The notes under the pieces are model-generated. The model saw nothing but the letters and a program-made list of their open reading frames with translations, searched no databases and was not told the DNA's origin. A stretch of DNA of 64,000 nucleotides. Origin: Felis catus (Eukaryota). The translations under genes were made by a program, and so were the position numbers. The stretch covers positions 231,386,001 through 231,450,000 of the forward strand of contig NC_058368.1 in the NCBI RefSeq assembly GCF_018350175.1. Reading direction: 5' to 3'. Shown one piece after another: positions 25,971 through 36,820 of the stretch (positions are counted from its first letter, which is position 1; each line of letters opens with the position of its first letter).

Positions 25971-27366
25971 AAAATGGCAACATTTAAGGACAGGTGGAAG
26001 GCGAGGCGCTTGCAAAGGCTTCTGAAGGGGGGACCAGAAGAGTGGAAGCAAAACCAGAGGAGGGTGCTGCTGGGGAGACCGGGGGCGACTGATCTGGGGG
26101 CGGAGAAAGGAATGCTCTGTGCTCTCCCACGGCCGACTCTTGCTGCCAGGGGGGAGTTCGCGATGTTCGACAACCTCCACAGCACGGGTGCTCACCCACC
26201 CGCCAGAATGACCGCGGGATGGTGTCGTATGAAAGCTTTCTGATTGATAGCCCGCCCGGCTGGAGCTCTGGTGGGCATATCTCCCAAATAAAGGGGTAGG
26301 ACAGCTTGCTGGGACATTCAGTCTGGGCGGGAAGAAACAGGAAAAATCTGGGACATGTCGTGGTTAAGGGGTGACCCACGCCTGGAAGGATGATGGTTCA
26401 TCGAGTCGTTTGGGATCGTGCCTGAAGCAGAGTAGAAGCCGCTGTCAAGGTCATTTGAAGGTGACCTCGGTGAGGGTTTTCAGACCTCCCCCACACCTCT
26501 GACGTGCAGATGTTTATACCTGTAACCTAATTTGGGGCACTTCTGCAGAAAATTATTAGCGAGAGGGAATAAAGCGCGTTGAAAAGATAAAACTTTCTAT
26601 ACATTTTAGATAGTGTGTAAGTCTCACCTAGCAGGACACTTCCATTAGCACACACACACACACACAAAGGCCTTTTTCAACAAGATGACTGTCACAAAGA
26701 AAAAAACGTAGACAGTCAAATGATTTATTTCCCCATCCGTATTGCGTTTATTCACGGGGAGATTCACCTTGTGAACTAGTAATTTTCTGGGCTAAGAAAA
26801 AGAAGCAGGGCTGCTTTCTTTTTAGGGAATGCCGAGTTTTTCTTTTTTCTTTTTTTTATGGTGGGTTTCTTTCGGCCTAAAAAAATCACCTAAGTCTGTG
26901 GCTTTGATATCAGGGAAAAGGCTTCCTTCAATTGCTTTAACCTTTTTCAAAAAGCGACCTGTTGGGATAAATGTTCTCGTGCTGTGAATCAAGGTTTTAT
27001 CCGATATCTAAAGTTAGGCGGGCAGAGCGGGATTGCAGGCCACTTTCTTGAGGTGGTTTAAGAGAAATTCAGGATCTCAGATGGAGAGAAAGAACTCCGA
27101 TGAAAGATCAAGTTGAAGACTCATACTCTAGGCAATTAAAGAAATAAGAAGACAAACCCCGCTCTTATGCCGGGGGTGGCTGACACCAGAACGGGACCAG
27201 CATTGGACCAGGAATGACCAGCACAGAGGAAGGGTTCTGACAGATTCTTTCTTCCCTTTTGGGGAAACACTGGAGGCCAGTTCAGGCAGGGAGGTGTGGG
27301 CAGGCACGAGGGTGGGGCTGTGTGGGTCTGTGTGGCAGCGTTTGGTGTGGGGGGGGTCAGAGAAGT

Positions 27367-27423
27367 TAGAACCGAACTCAATGATTTGAGGTCCTAGAAC
27401 CGAACCTCAATGATTTGAGGTCC
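27367..27423. repeat. Two-copy 28/29-bp tandem duplication
   Basis: tagaaccgaactcaatgatttgaggtcc followed by tagaaccgaacctcaatgatttgaggtcc. Confidence 0.95.
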
Positions 27424-28932
27424 TTGGATTCCAGTGGAGGCACGAGTGATGCCCCCCTCTCCCTGCATCCCATCCTCTTGGTGATGCTCAGGGCCTCTGC
27501 TCAGGTATCCCCGCCTCCCCTGTTCCTCCAGCCCCTTGGGTTGCTTCTTCAACCAGCTCACCCCCCAGCCCTGCACTCGCACAGCCTCTGGCATCTGTGA
27601 CCCCCGTGGGGCTAGCAGGTCATTAACTGTCTTGACCCGGACTTAGGCTCATGTGCATTGTTCTTTTGTCCTTTGCTCATATTCATTTTCTGTTCTCCTT
27701 CTGCCTGGTTGTGGATTTCCTTACCCATCTGTATCTCCTGGACCCTGACCTTGGTCAGGAACGATTTGGGGATTTTTAGAATTGCTTCTATCACATGCCA
27801 GTACCTTGAAGTGGCATTGATGACAAAACAACATTTCATCCCTTCCAGGCATCATGCAGAGTCCAGAAGAAGTATCGTGAATTCCAGAATGTCTATCATC
27901 CACCCCAGCGGGCACCTCTGTGGGAATTCAGGTGTGTAAGTGGGGAGCAGAGAGCAGGATGGGGACCCAGGCTTCGTGACCAGTCCCGTACACACAGCAC
28001 GTACAGAGGGCTTACCTCCCGGAGCAGAGACTGCCCCCCACTTACCCAGACTTCCCTGCAGGGAGACCGGGCCGCGGCGCTGGCAGGAGGGGTGGGGAGA
28101 AGCAATTAAACTATCCCACGTGTCCTCTCTTCCCTGGCTGTGGCCACCTTGCCGGACACACTCTGGATGGCATACGTAGCCCCACGATGGTGGAACAGCT
28201 CTGACCCCCTTGAGCAAGAAAACCTTTATGATGTGAGCCCACGCCAGAGAGTCTGGGTTTCCTTGTGTGGTATCGCTGGGCTGCAGCTGACCCCTTCTCT
28301 TCGAAGGTCTTTTCCAGAGTGACCTGAATGTACGTGTTCCCCGGGATTGACTGATACCCGTATTCAGCTCTCTACCCCCGGTCAGGATCTGGGATTTGTA
28401 CATCTGCACGCGTGTCCGCGACGTCCTCACTTGTGTCTTCCGTGGCGCGGGCTTCGGAGCCTGTTGACTGGTCGGAGCCCGGGGGGCGATGCTGGGAGCT
28501 GTGTAGATGCTGAGCGGAAAACCAGTGTGTGTCTCCCGTGAGCTCCCAAACTTGAGGTTCTGGCAGACAGTGCGCTGTTTTCTTGGGTCGACGTTCTTCG
28601 GGGGCGACATGCACTGGCTGACTGTCCGGGGCCCTTCCTGTGCTTCCACGTGCCACTCACCTTTTCCGTGAAACGCTGTTCTTCATCTACACACTTCCCA
28701 GTATAATGAACGCGGGTCGGGATGGAGCCTAAGGGCGATTCTTGGATACCAAGGGGCTGCCCAGGGAACTTGGCTTCGGCAAACCCCCTTAAGGAGCAGG
28801 AAGTCCCGAGGCTGGATTTTGATGACTGCTTGCTCTTCTGCTTCCCCAGTTTAGGGACCCAGAATTCTGAGAGTCCTTTTGCTTCTGATGGGGAGTTTGG
28901 ACTATACTCATCTTGGGGGGAGAGGAAAACAG

Positions 28933-28934
<2 letters not shown>

Positions 28935-28972
<38 letters not shown>
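28935..28972. repeat. (TC)n microsatellite at the retrocopy 3' end
   Basis: Directly visible; reads (GA)n on the pseudogene strand. Confidence 0.97.
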
Positions 28973-28973
<1 letters not shown>

Positions 28974-28975
<2 letters not shown>

Positions 28976-30200
28976 TTGATGAATGAGTTTATTATTGTCT
29001 GTATCTGAAAAATCTTCATAGGGAATTGCGGCTTGGTTTATCAGCTCTTAGCAGCCTACTCGGAGGTGTAAGGAAGCCTGGGTACTTCTGAATTACCCGG
29101 TCGTTCTTCGGGGCAGGAGGTATTTTGGGATGGCTCCACCTCATCTTTTTAACCTCTTTCTTGGGCTTCTTCTCATAGCCTTCTCTTGTACAGCGGTGCG
29201 ACTTTCTCGTGCGTCTCCCCCGCCGTGTCTGGAGCCCACGGTTCTTTGTGCACTGGGGGAATTGTTTCTGGAAGCAGCTTCGTCTTCTTCCATGAGGCCA
29301 CACACAGAGCCTGCAGCGTTCTGACCCGTGGCGTGCTTCCGATGTCCTTCTACATTGAACCCCTCGCTTTTCCAGTCGTGACGGGGGGGGGGGGGGATCG
29401 TTTGGTGCCGTGAGGGACCAACAGGCCTCCACCCACAGCTCCAGAACTTTATCTGCAGGGGCAGTTCTGGCAAGCCCTACGTCCCAATAGCAGGTGAAGG
29501 GACCAGCTTGACCATCAGTGCCATTCACGTTGTATTCATCTCCAGTCCCCTCCACTTGGCCTTCATAGGTCTTATCCGTGCCAAACCTAGTGAGAAGCCT
29601 GCCGGCCAGCGGCAGGTGGACACAGTATGCTGCAGTATAACCTGTCAGGCCAGCCTTCACACCGTACTTTGGGAGTTCATGAGCATGAGCTGCACAGACT
29701 AGCATGTCTCCTTCTGCATGGGCGTAAGCCATCTGGCAAACGATATCCCTGTTGGTCACACGAGCGATCACCCTGTATTTACGTGTGTTGTACCTATTTT
29801 TACCCTGAATTACCACGTGTTTCCAAGCATGGTGATCGGTTTTTATCCGCCCCCCCGCCCCCCCCCCCCCCCCGTTTCTTCTAAATTTCACCTGGTATCT
29901 CTTGAAGTGAGACAACTTTATTTTTTTTTATTTAAAAATTTTTTAATGTTTATTTATTTTAGAGAGAGACAGAGTGCGAGCAACGGAGGGGCAGAGAGAG
30001 ACAGAGACACAAAATCCAAAGCAGGCTCCAAGCTCTGAGCTGTCAGAACAGAGCCTGACGCGGGGCTTGAGTCCACGAACCATAAGATGATGACCTGAGC
30101 CAAAGTCAGGCGCTTAACTGACTGAGTCACCCAGGCGCCCCTATTCTTGGCAACTTGAACAAGCCCCATCCTGTGGCACAGAGAGCAGTGTCCGCACCTC
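28974..30200 (-). pseudogene. RPL5: Processed pseudogene of 60S ribosomal protein L5 (uL18), frameshifted and interrupted by a SINE
   Basis: ATG at 30169 (MGLVQVAKN vs MGFVKVVKN); then [10 protein letters not shown]...[33 protein letters not shown]...YEGQVE.TGDEYNV; a second frame gives [12 protein letters not shown]...LMEEDE; then [13 protein letters not shown]. Stop-equivalent TGA at 29041-29043, AATAAA at 28988-28993, no introns. Confidence 0.97.
29918..30141 (-). mobile_element. Can-SINE inserted in the RPL5 pseudogene after codon 9
   Basis: Full SINE body between RPL5 codons KN and (Y/H)FKRY. Confidence 0.95.
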
Positions 30201-31324
30201 GCCCCTTACTTGAGGCTGGCTGCTTAATGCGCAGGGCCAACCAGGGAGAAGGAGTTCCTTGTTGAAATTGTGTTCTTGTTCAGTTCATCTCCCTGTGGTA
30301 CGACCTTGAACATGACCTCCTGGCTTCGGTGGGTTTCTCCTGGTGACTCCCTGGGGGTGGCGGTAGCTGTCAGCTCGAGTGGCTTCTCCAGAGCCGAGGA
30401 CACTGCCCCTTATCGTTCCCCCATGAAGCTTACAGGCACAGGCACAGCCCCAATGGACTTAAGCCAGTTTGGTTATGTGCATCTCTTGGGTTCTTCTTGG
30501 TCGATTTGGGTAGCAGCTAAAGAGGTCGGAGGCAGGTGAGAGCCTTGACTTTTTGCTCCTCAAAAAGCCTCAAACCGGCTTCAGCCACACACAAGGCATT
30601 TATTGAAACAGTCTTAATTTGCCAGCAGGCCCCAACGTGTTCATTAACCTGTTCTATGAGCTTAATGAAGTCCTAGCTCCTGCCCCTTAGGGGTTCTGAC
30701 TCCTGCTGGGCAGAAGGAGTCTTGAGGCAAATGCCAAGGCTGTGGAGGCAAATGCTGTCACCAGCATCAGACAAAGATAATCCTCCCAAGTCCAGGGCCC
30801 GGCGATGGGGGATGGTTTAGGGCTGTTGTCACACATCATCCCCAAGGGAAGGGGTTCAGGCATCGATGAGTTTTTGCACCCTCTTCCTGAAGGGGTGGGG
30901 ATGTTTTAAAAAATATTTTAGCCAATCCGTGCATCTTAAATACCTTTAATGTCACTATTGGGAGCTCCTGTCTAGCAGCCATCATGATAATTAATAGGTC
31001 ACTAACTGCACTTACAGACACCATTTTTGGTATTCCGTCGGCCTTATTTGATGACAACAGAAGTTTCTGCAGTCACCACCCCGGTGTCTGGGCTCCCTGC
31101 ATAGCACACCACAGTCTGCCCTGAGCTCTGCTCCTTTGACAAGGGTGCTGACAGCGCACTTCACATCACATGGTAGATCTGGAGTGTTTAAAAGTGAACT
31201 TCTGACACAGAGATGGACAACAGATGACATCGGGTGAGGGAGCCTGTGCCATTATAGGTGACAGTCAGAGCGCAGCAGCTGATGTGGGGGCGCTTCACTG
31301 CCCCCCGTGTCTTACGTTCATTAC

Positions 31325-31500
31325 CTATGTAATCCTCATGATAACCCATTGGGGTTGTCTGTCTCATTAGCACCATCTTTCAGATAAGGGAGCCGAGGCT
31401 CCGTGAAGTTCTAAACTTTCTCAAACTCAGTAGCTAGTAGGTGCAGAGGTATTCACCCCAGTGTGTGACCTCAGAACATCTCTGCTACCCACTGGATCAG
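31325..31500 (-). mobile_element. MIR SINE
   Basis: 'taatcctcatgataaccc...ccatctttcagataaggga..cgaggctc...agctagtaggtgcagag'. Confidence 0.7.
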
Positions 31501-32109
31501 ATCCAAAGCAAATGGCAGTCCAGCCAGAGAAAGCCGTGGCCAGCATAGCAGACCTCAGGAGCTGGCTGGGAGTGTCCTCGCTCTGGTGACGGCTGGACCT
31601 CATTACACACTTTCGGTCCCAGTGATAAGAGGTCGGTGTGGAATGTCTTGATGTGGAAGCCTCAGTTTCATAGGTCTCTAGACGGGGACTGTCCAGGAGG
31701 GTAGATGAGGGTTGGATTTAGGTCATCTCACAACTGCCCAAAACTGTGGTCCAAGCCTGTCCTCTGGCTGTGCCCCCCTTGATGAGCCCTACCCCACACT
31801 GGCCATCTAGGAGCTGTGAACAGGGTGCTACCCTGATCACTGGGAGCCTCCTTCAGGGCTCCCTTCACTGCCTGGACTGTGGAACTTGGTCTTGGCATGT
31901 CCCCTTGGGGGCTCTCATCCTCCCTGGGTCACTCTCCCTGGATCCTGAGGAAGTCCTCATTTTTTATGAACCTCACCTTTCTACTCTCTACCAGTGAGGT
32001 TTACAGATAACTTTGATGAACTTCAGTTACTTGAAAATTTTCATCCGTCTCATCATTTATGAAACCAGTATGAGCACCTGTGGGGTGACGGCATTGGTTT
32101 TGGGGCACT

Positions 32110-32300
32110 GTGTCATGGTGGCTGAGCACCCGGGCTCTGGGGCCAGGCAGGTCAGACTCTGGCTTGGCTGCTCCATCGCTGTGTTGAGCAACTGATTTGA
32201 CTTGTCTGTGCTTCAGTTCCTGGATCCCAGAAGAGGGATAAGACGGTACTTGCCTCACAGGGTTGTTGGAGGGTTAAGTGAGTTAACCTAGGTGAGTATT
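32110..32300 (+). mobile_element. MIR SINE
   Basis: 'gggctctggggccaggcag...tctgtgcttcagttcct...tacttgcctcacagggttgttggagggttaagtgagttaa'. Confidence 0.75.
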
Positions 32301-32339
32301 TGCTCCCCGGCCAACTCATTTGAATGGACTTATGGTGAG

Positions 32340-32404
32340 ATTTAAGTAATTTAAGTATTAAAAGAATTAAAAGTATTAAAAGTATTAAAAGAATTTAAGT
32401 ATTC
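32340..32404. repeat. Imperfect 9-bp AT-rich tandem repeat (attaaaagt-like)
   Basis: tttaagtaatttaagtattaaaagaattaaaagtattaaaagtattaaaagaatttaagtatt. Confidence 0.85.
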
Positions 32405-33894
32405 TTTTTGTCGACCACGTGATTTGCCGCAGAGGGTTTTAGGAAGGCGGATGGAGGGGAAGAACGCACTGGAAGTGGTAGCAAGAGACACCTTGTCAGG
32501 AAGCACCGAGTGCAGCTGTGAATTTTCAAGCCATCGGTGAGTGGCTTGGTTCTTACCACCTTTATCCGAGTTTTACTTTGCTAAGTACTGTCCATCAATT
32601 TGTGAATATCTCAGTTATTTGAGGTCGTTCATTCAAGGCAAAATGCTGAAAGTAAAAGCGAAATCAAGGAGAACCCTGGGGCTTTGAAGGCTTTTCCTAA
32701 CTCGTGGCCATTTTCCGCCTTTAAAAGCACTGACTTGACTTTTACAAGAGCCTGTAGAATAATCTAACAGAAAATGGAAACCGAGAGCACAGTCATTCCC
32801 TTAAATATTTTATATTGCATTCGGATGTGCATTTTTCAAAGATCATTTCCTTGACATTTTCTGGGGGTATATTTCTTGGGAAATAAAATAAATATGTTTG
32901 GTGGATGCTCATACCAATTTATTTAGAGCTATAAATAAGATAAAGATGCCTCCTGTCATTTGTACTAGAAAATATAAGGATCAGAGGAATATCTTAGGAG
33001 GACAGGGCAAAAGATTAATAATGCTGTTCAGATGGTGCTGAGGTTGGCTGATGCTTTAACCCGTTTTAGTGGATCCTCATGTGAATTATGCCTAAGAATG
33101 GTGATGGAGACCCTATGGCCCAGGAGGAGGCCAGAGACACAATGCTCCAGGCCACATACTTCATTAGGGGCTGCTGAGTGACAGAATCCAGATTTCCTAG
33201 TTTCTCGATCTATGGATGTTAAGTAGATTCTTTGGGGGTACCCAGATCATTCTCAGTGCTTCCCTGAGGCTGGAAATGACCCTTCACACGTAAGAAATTT
33301 AGTCATTCCAGTTGGAGCCTGTAGTGTGTGTGCAGTGCTCCCGGGAGAGGAAGGAACTGGCCACACTCTCCCAGCAAGGAATCTCTTCATGCCGTGAACC
33401 TGTTGACTCATTGCATTGCTGCAGTGGGAGATTTGATGGAAATGGCTCCCCTGGGGTGGACAGTGAGCAAGGATGGAATATGCAAGCCCCATAGGACCAA
33501 GTGCGCAACTTTAGGGCAAGTGAGGGCGGACGTGGGAAGGCACTGGAGATTCAGAGAAGAGACACTCCAGTCTGGGTTGGACAGGGAGGGCTGTGGGGAG
33601 GCAAAGGGTCAGAGCAGGGGTACAGAGGAAGGGAAGATGTTACCTGGGTGTGGGGAGGGCTCAGTATTGGGAAGGATGAAGAAAAGCACTGTAAGAGACA
33701 ACAGAGGGATGAGCGACCCTGCCTGACATTGGGGAGGAGCTGGTTGTGGGCAGGGAAGTAGGAGAAGGTTGGCTGGTGGGCCAGTAGTTCCTGGCTATAA
33801 GTCCCTGTAGTCAGGATGTAGTCGCTGGTCCCGGGAGTTCAGGTTTGAAGGTAACAGGAAGCAGTAGGTGATTTTTAAAGTAAATCAAATCAGT

Positions 33895-34100
33895 GGGGCA
33901 CCAGAGTGGCTCCGTCGGTTAAGCATCTGACTTCAGCTCAGGTCATGATCTCAAAGTTCGTGGGTTTGAGCCCTGTGTCAGGGTCTGTGCTGACAGCTCA
34001 GAGCCTGGAGCCTGCTTTGGATTCTGTGTCTCCCTCTCTCTCTGCCCCTCTCCAGCTGGAGCTCTGTCTCTCAAAAATAAATAAACATTAAAAAAATTTA
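33895..34100 (+). mobile_element. Can-SINE
   Basis: 'ggggcaccagagtggctccgtcggttaagc' head, A-rich tail. Confidence 0.95.
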
Positions 34101-34161
34101 AAATAAAATCAGATATAAAATACAATCTTGTAAAGAACTCTTTTGTAAATCCTTAAAAAAA

Positions 34162-34366
34162 ATTTTTTTAACGTTTATTATTGGGAGAGAGACACAGAGC
34201 GTGAACAGGGGAGGGATAGAGAGAGGGGGAGACACAGAATCTGAAGCAGGCTCCAGGCTCTGAGCTGTCAGCACAGAGCCCGACGTGGGGCTCAAACTCA
34301 CAGATGGCGAGATCACGACCTGAGCCAAAGTCAGTCGCCTAACCAACTGAGCCACCCAGGCATCCC
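34162..34366 (-). mobile_element. Can-SINE
   Basis: Full body; flanking repeat tgtaaatc. Confidence 0.95.
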
Positions 34367-34710
34367 TGTAAATCGTTTTAAAAACCAAAGAATATGTGTT
34401 ATTGTGTAAATGCAGTGAAAATAGTGACTTTCAAATTCAATGATCTTATGAGTTCAGATTTTGTACGTTGTTTTCCTGGATTGGGTGAAGTACAACTCCA
34501 TCTGTCTTCTCCCATCACCAAAATAATGCCATCCTGAAAGAGAAGTAAAGTATAGAGAGAAAAGGGGAAAATAAATTTTTAGTAGACGGAAGAGCACTGC
34601 TATCAAGTTCTTTCAGTTTTTCTCAGAACTGAAAGCAAGCTTTTTATTTATTTCTTTTCATTTTTATGTCAGTATACATAGTGTCCAAGTCACTTCAGAA
34701 ACTTGGGACA

Positions 34711-34921
34711 TTTTATTTTATTTCATTTCTTTTTTTTTAATATGAAATTTATTGTCAAATTGGTTTCCATACAACACCCAGTGTTCATCCCAACAGGTGC
34801 CCTCCTCTGTGCCCATCACCCACCCTCCCTCTCTTCCCCCCCCCCCCCCCCCCCCCCCATCAACCCTCAGTTTATTCTCAGGTTTTAAGAGTCTCTTATG
34901 GTTTGGCTATGGTTATGGTTA
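34711..34921 (-). mobile_element. 5'-truncated felid L1 (L1_Fc-like) 3' end with TSD
   Basis: polyT then 'aatatgaaatttattgtcaaattggtttccatacaacacccagtg...catcaaccctcagttt...aagagtctcttatggtttgg'; TSD gggacatttt at 34705 and 34922. Confidence 0.9.
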
Positions 34922-36344
34922 GGGACATTTTTTATTTGGAATAACTGATATGAAGAAGGATGTGGTGGTGGTGGCTTAGGGTTTCTGGTGAGACTCAAGG
35001 AATGGCTGCCAAGTGGCTTGTCCCATCCCCTTCTCTTTCTTGCCCAAGAGATTCCTCATTTTAACATCAAAGCTCAGCATCTGCTCCAGAATCCTTCTCA
35101 ACACGCTGTTCTTGGGAATTTCAACTGAATCTGCGATCGGAACCAAGTTGCCTCCTGGCTTTGAGTGTAAGAGTGGTTCTCATTCCTCAGCAGGCATCAG
35201 AAAACCTGGAAGACTTGTTCTGTCACAGGAACTGGGCCCCACCCCTTCTGATTTAATAGGTCTGAGAATTTGCTGCCGGTGCTGCTGGGTGGGGAGAACG
35301 CTTTCGGGACCACCATCTTGGATTTTAGAGGAACCATTAACCGGTGGCCACTCAATTTTCCATTTTAATAGGGGTCCTTTGGGTGAAAAGGGCAGCTGTT
35401 TAGAATTTCCTTACATTTTCTCTTGCTTCCTCTTCTCTGTCGTCCTTCTTTTGACTGCTCAATTAGAATGTGTTACAAACCAATGACCTTAAGCAAGAAA
35501 ATGTCTTAGTCCAGAACCACTTGCTTTTTGACATTCCAGTGACCACAGCACCTTAGCTGAAATGTAAGTTAATGTTTTAGAATATGAAATGAGCAGTTTC
35601 TGAATATAAGAAGTGATGGGTTGACAGAGTAGACCAAAGAAGAATGTGCTGGCAATTTTCTCAATTTTCACCCCGGATCAAGGGTTTGCATCGGCGGCGA
35701 TGTGGCTGGTAACCGGGCGTTGAGGTAACGTTTGTGTCAGTTTCCTCCTGCTGCGGTAACAAAGCCCACAAAACTGGGTGGCTTCAGCAGAAGAAATGCA
35801 TTCCCTCGTGGATCAGGAGGCCAGAGGGTGGAGGTCGAGGGCTCTTCCAAAGCTGCGGGGGAGAATTGCCCTCTGCCCGCTTCTGGTGGCCTGCCCACCC
35901 TGTGGAAAGGTCACCCCTCCTCTGCCCTCACTGTTTCCCCCAGTTTTCTCGAAATACAATTAACAAATAAAATTGTAAGATACCTAAAGCCTGCAGTGTG
36001 ATGACTGGATACACATATACATTGTGAAAGAATCTCCCCATTGAGTTACTTACTTAGCACAGCGTCACCTCACATATTTATCTTTTGTGTGCGAGAACGT
36101 TTAAATTCTGTCCTAGCAGATTGCACAGTACAGTGTTATCCGCAGGAGATCCTCAGACCTGCTTCATCTTATAGAGGGAGGTTTGTACCTTTTGACCAAC
36201 CTCTCCCTACTTCCCGGTCCTCCTAGCCCCTGGCGATCACATGTATACAATATATATACGTATATACATATATGTATATGTATGTATATGTATGTATATG
36301 TATATGTATATGTATAGTATATATATATAATTTTTTCATTTTGA

Positions 36345-36531
36345 AAAATTTTTAATGTTTATTTATTTTTGAGACGGAGACAGAGCACAAGTAGGGGAGG
36401 GGCAGAGAGAGAGGGAGACAGAATCCAAAGCAGGCTCCAGGCTCTGAGCTGTCAGCACAGAGCCCAACCCGGGTCTTGAACTCATGAACTGTGAGATTGT
36501 GACCTGAGCAGATGAGCCACTCAAGCGCCCC
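36345..36531 (-). mobile_element. Can-SINE with internal deletion, inside TA-rich low-complexity sequence
   Basis: 'aatgtttatttatttttgaga...gaatccaaagcaggctccaggctctgagctgtcagc'. Confidence 0.9.
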
Positions 36532-36789
36532 TATTTATATATATTATATATAATATACATTTTTTAGATTAGTTATATGTTATTTTATATATGAAATGTA
36601 TAAAATTTTATATATATAAATATGTATATTTTAGATTTGTTACAATATTAGTTTTATATATATAAAATATATAATATATATATTTTAGATTCCACATATG
36701 AGTCCATGCAGTATCTGTCTTCCTCTGTGTCTTTATTTTCACATGAGTTTCTCCCTGTGTGCTTGTCTATGTGTCCAAATCCACTCCCC

Positions 36790-36820
<31 letters not shown>

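Noticed and set aside
27852..28649. 265-aa minus-strand ORF
   Set aside because: Non-ATG start, no recognisable domain, and composition expected from GC-rich non-coding DNA
29016..29915. Functional RPL5 gene
   Set aside because: Intronless, frameshifted, ATG separated by a SINE, and many replacements in a highly conserved protein
36240..36700. TA-rich self-complementary tracts, also at 45640-45745
   Set aside because: Low-complexity expansions associated with L1 and SINE tails
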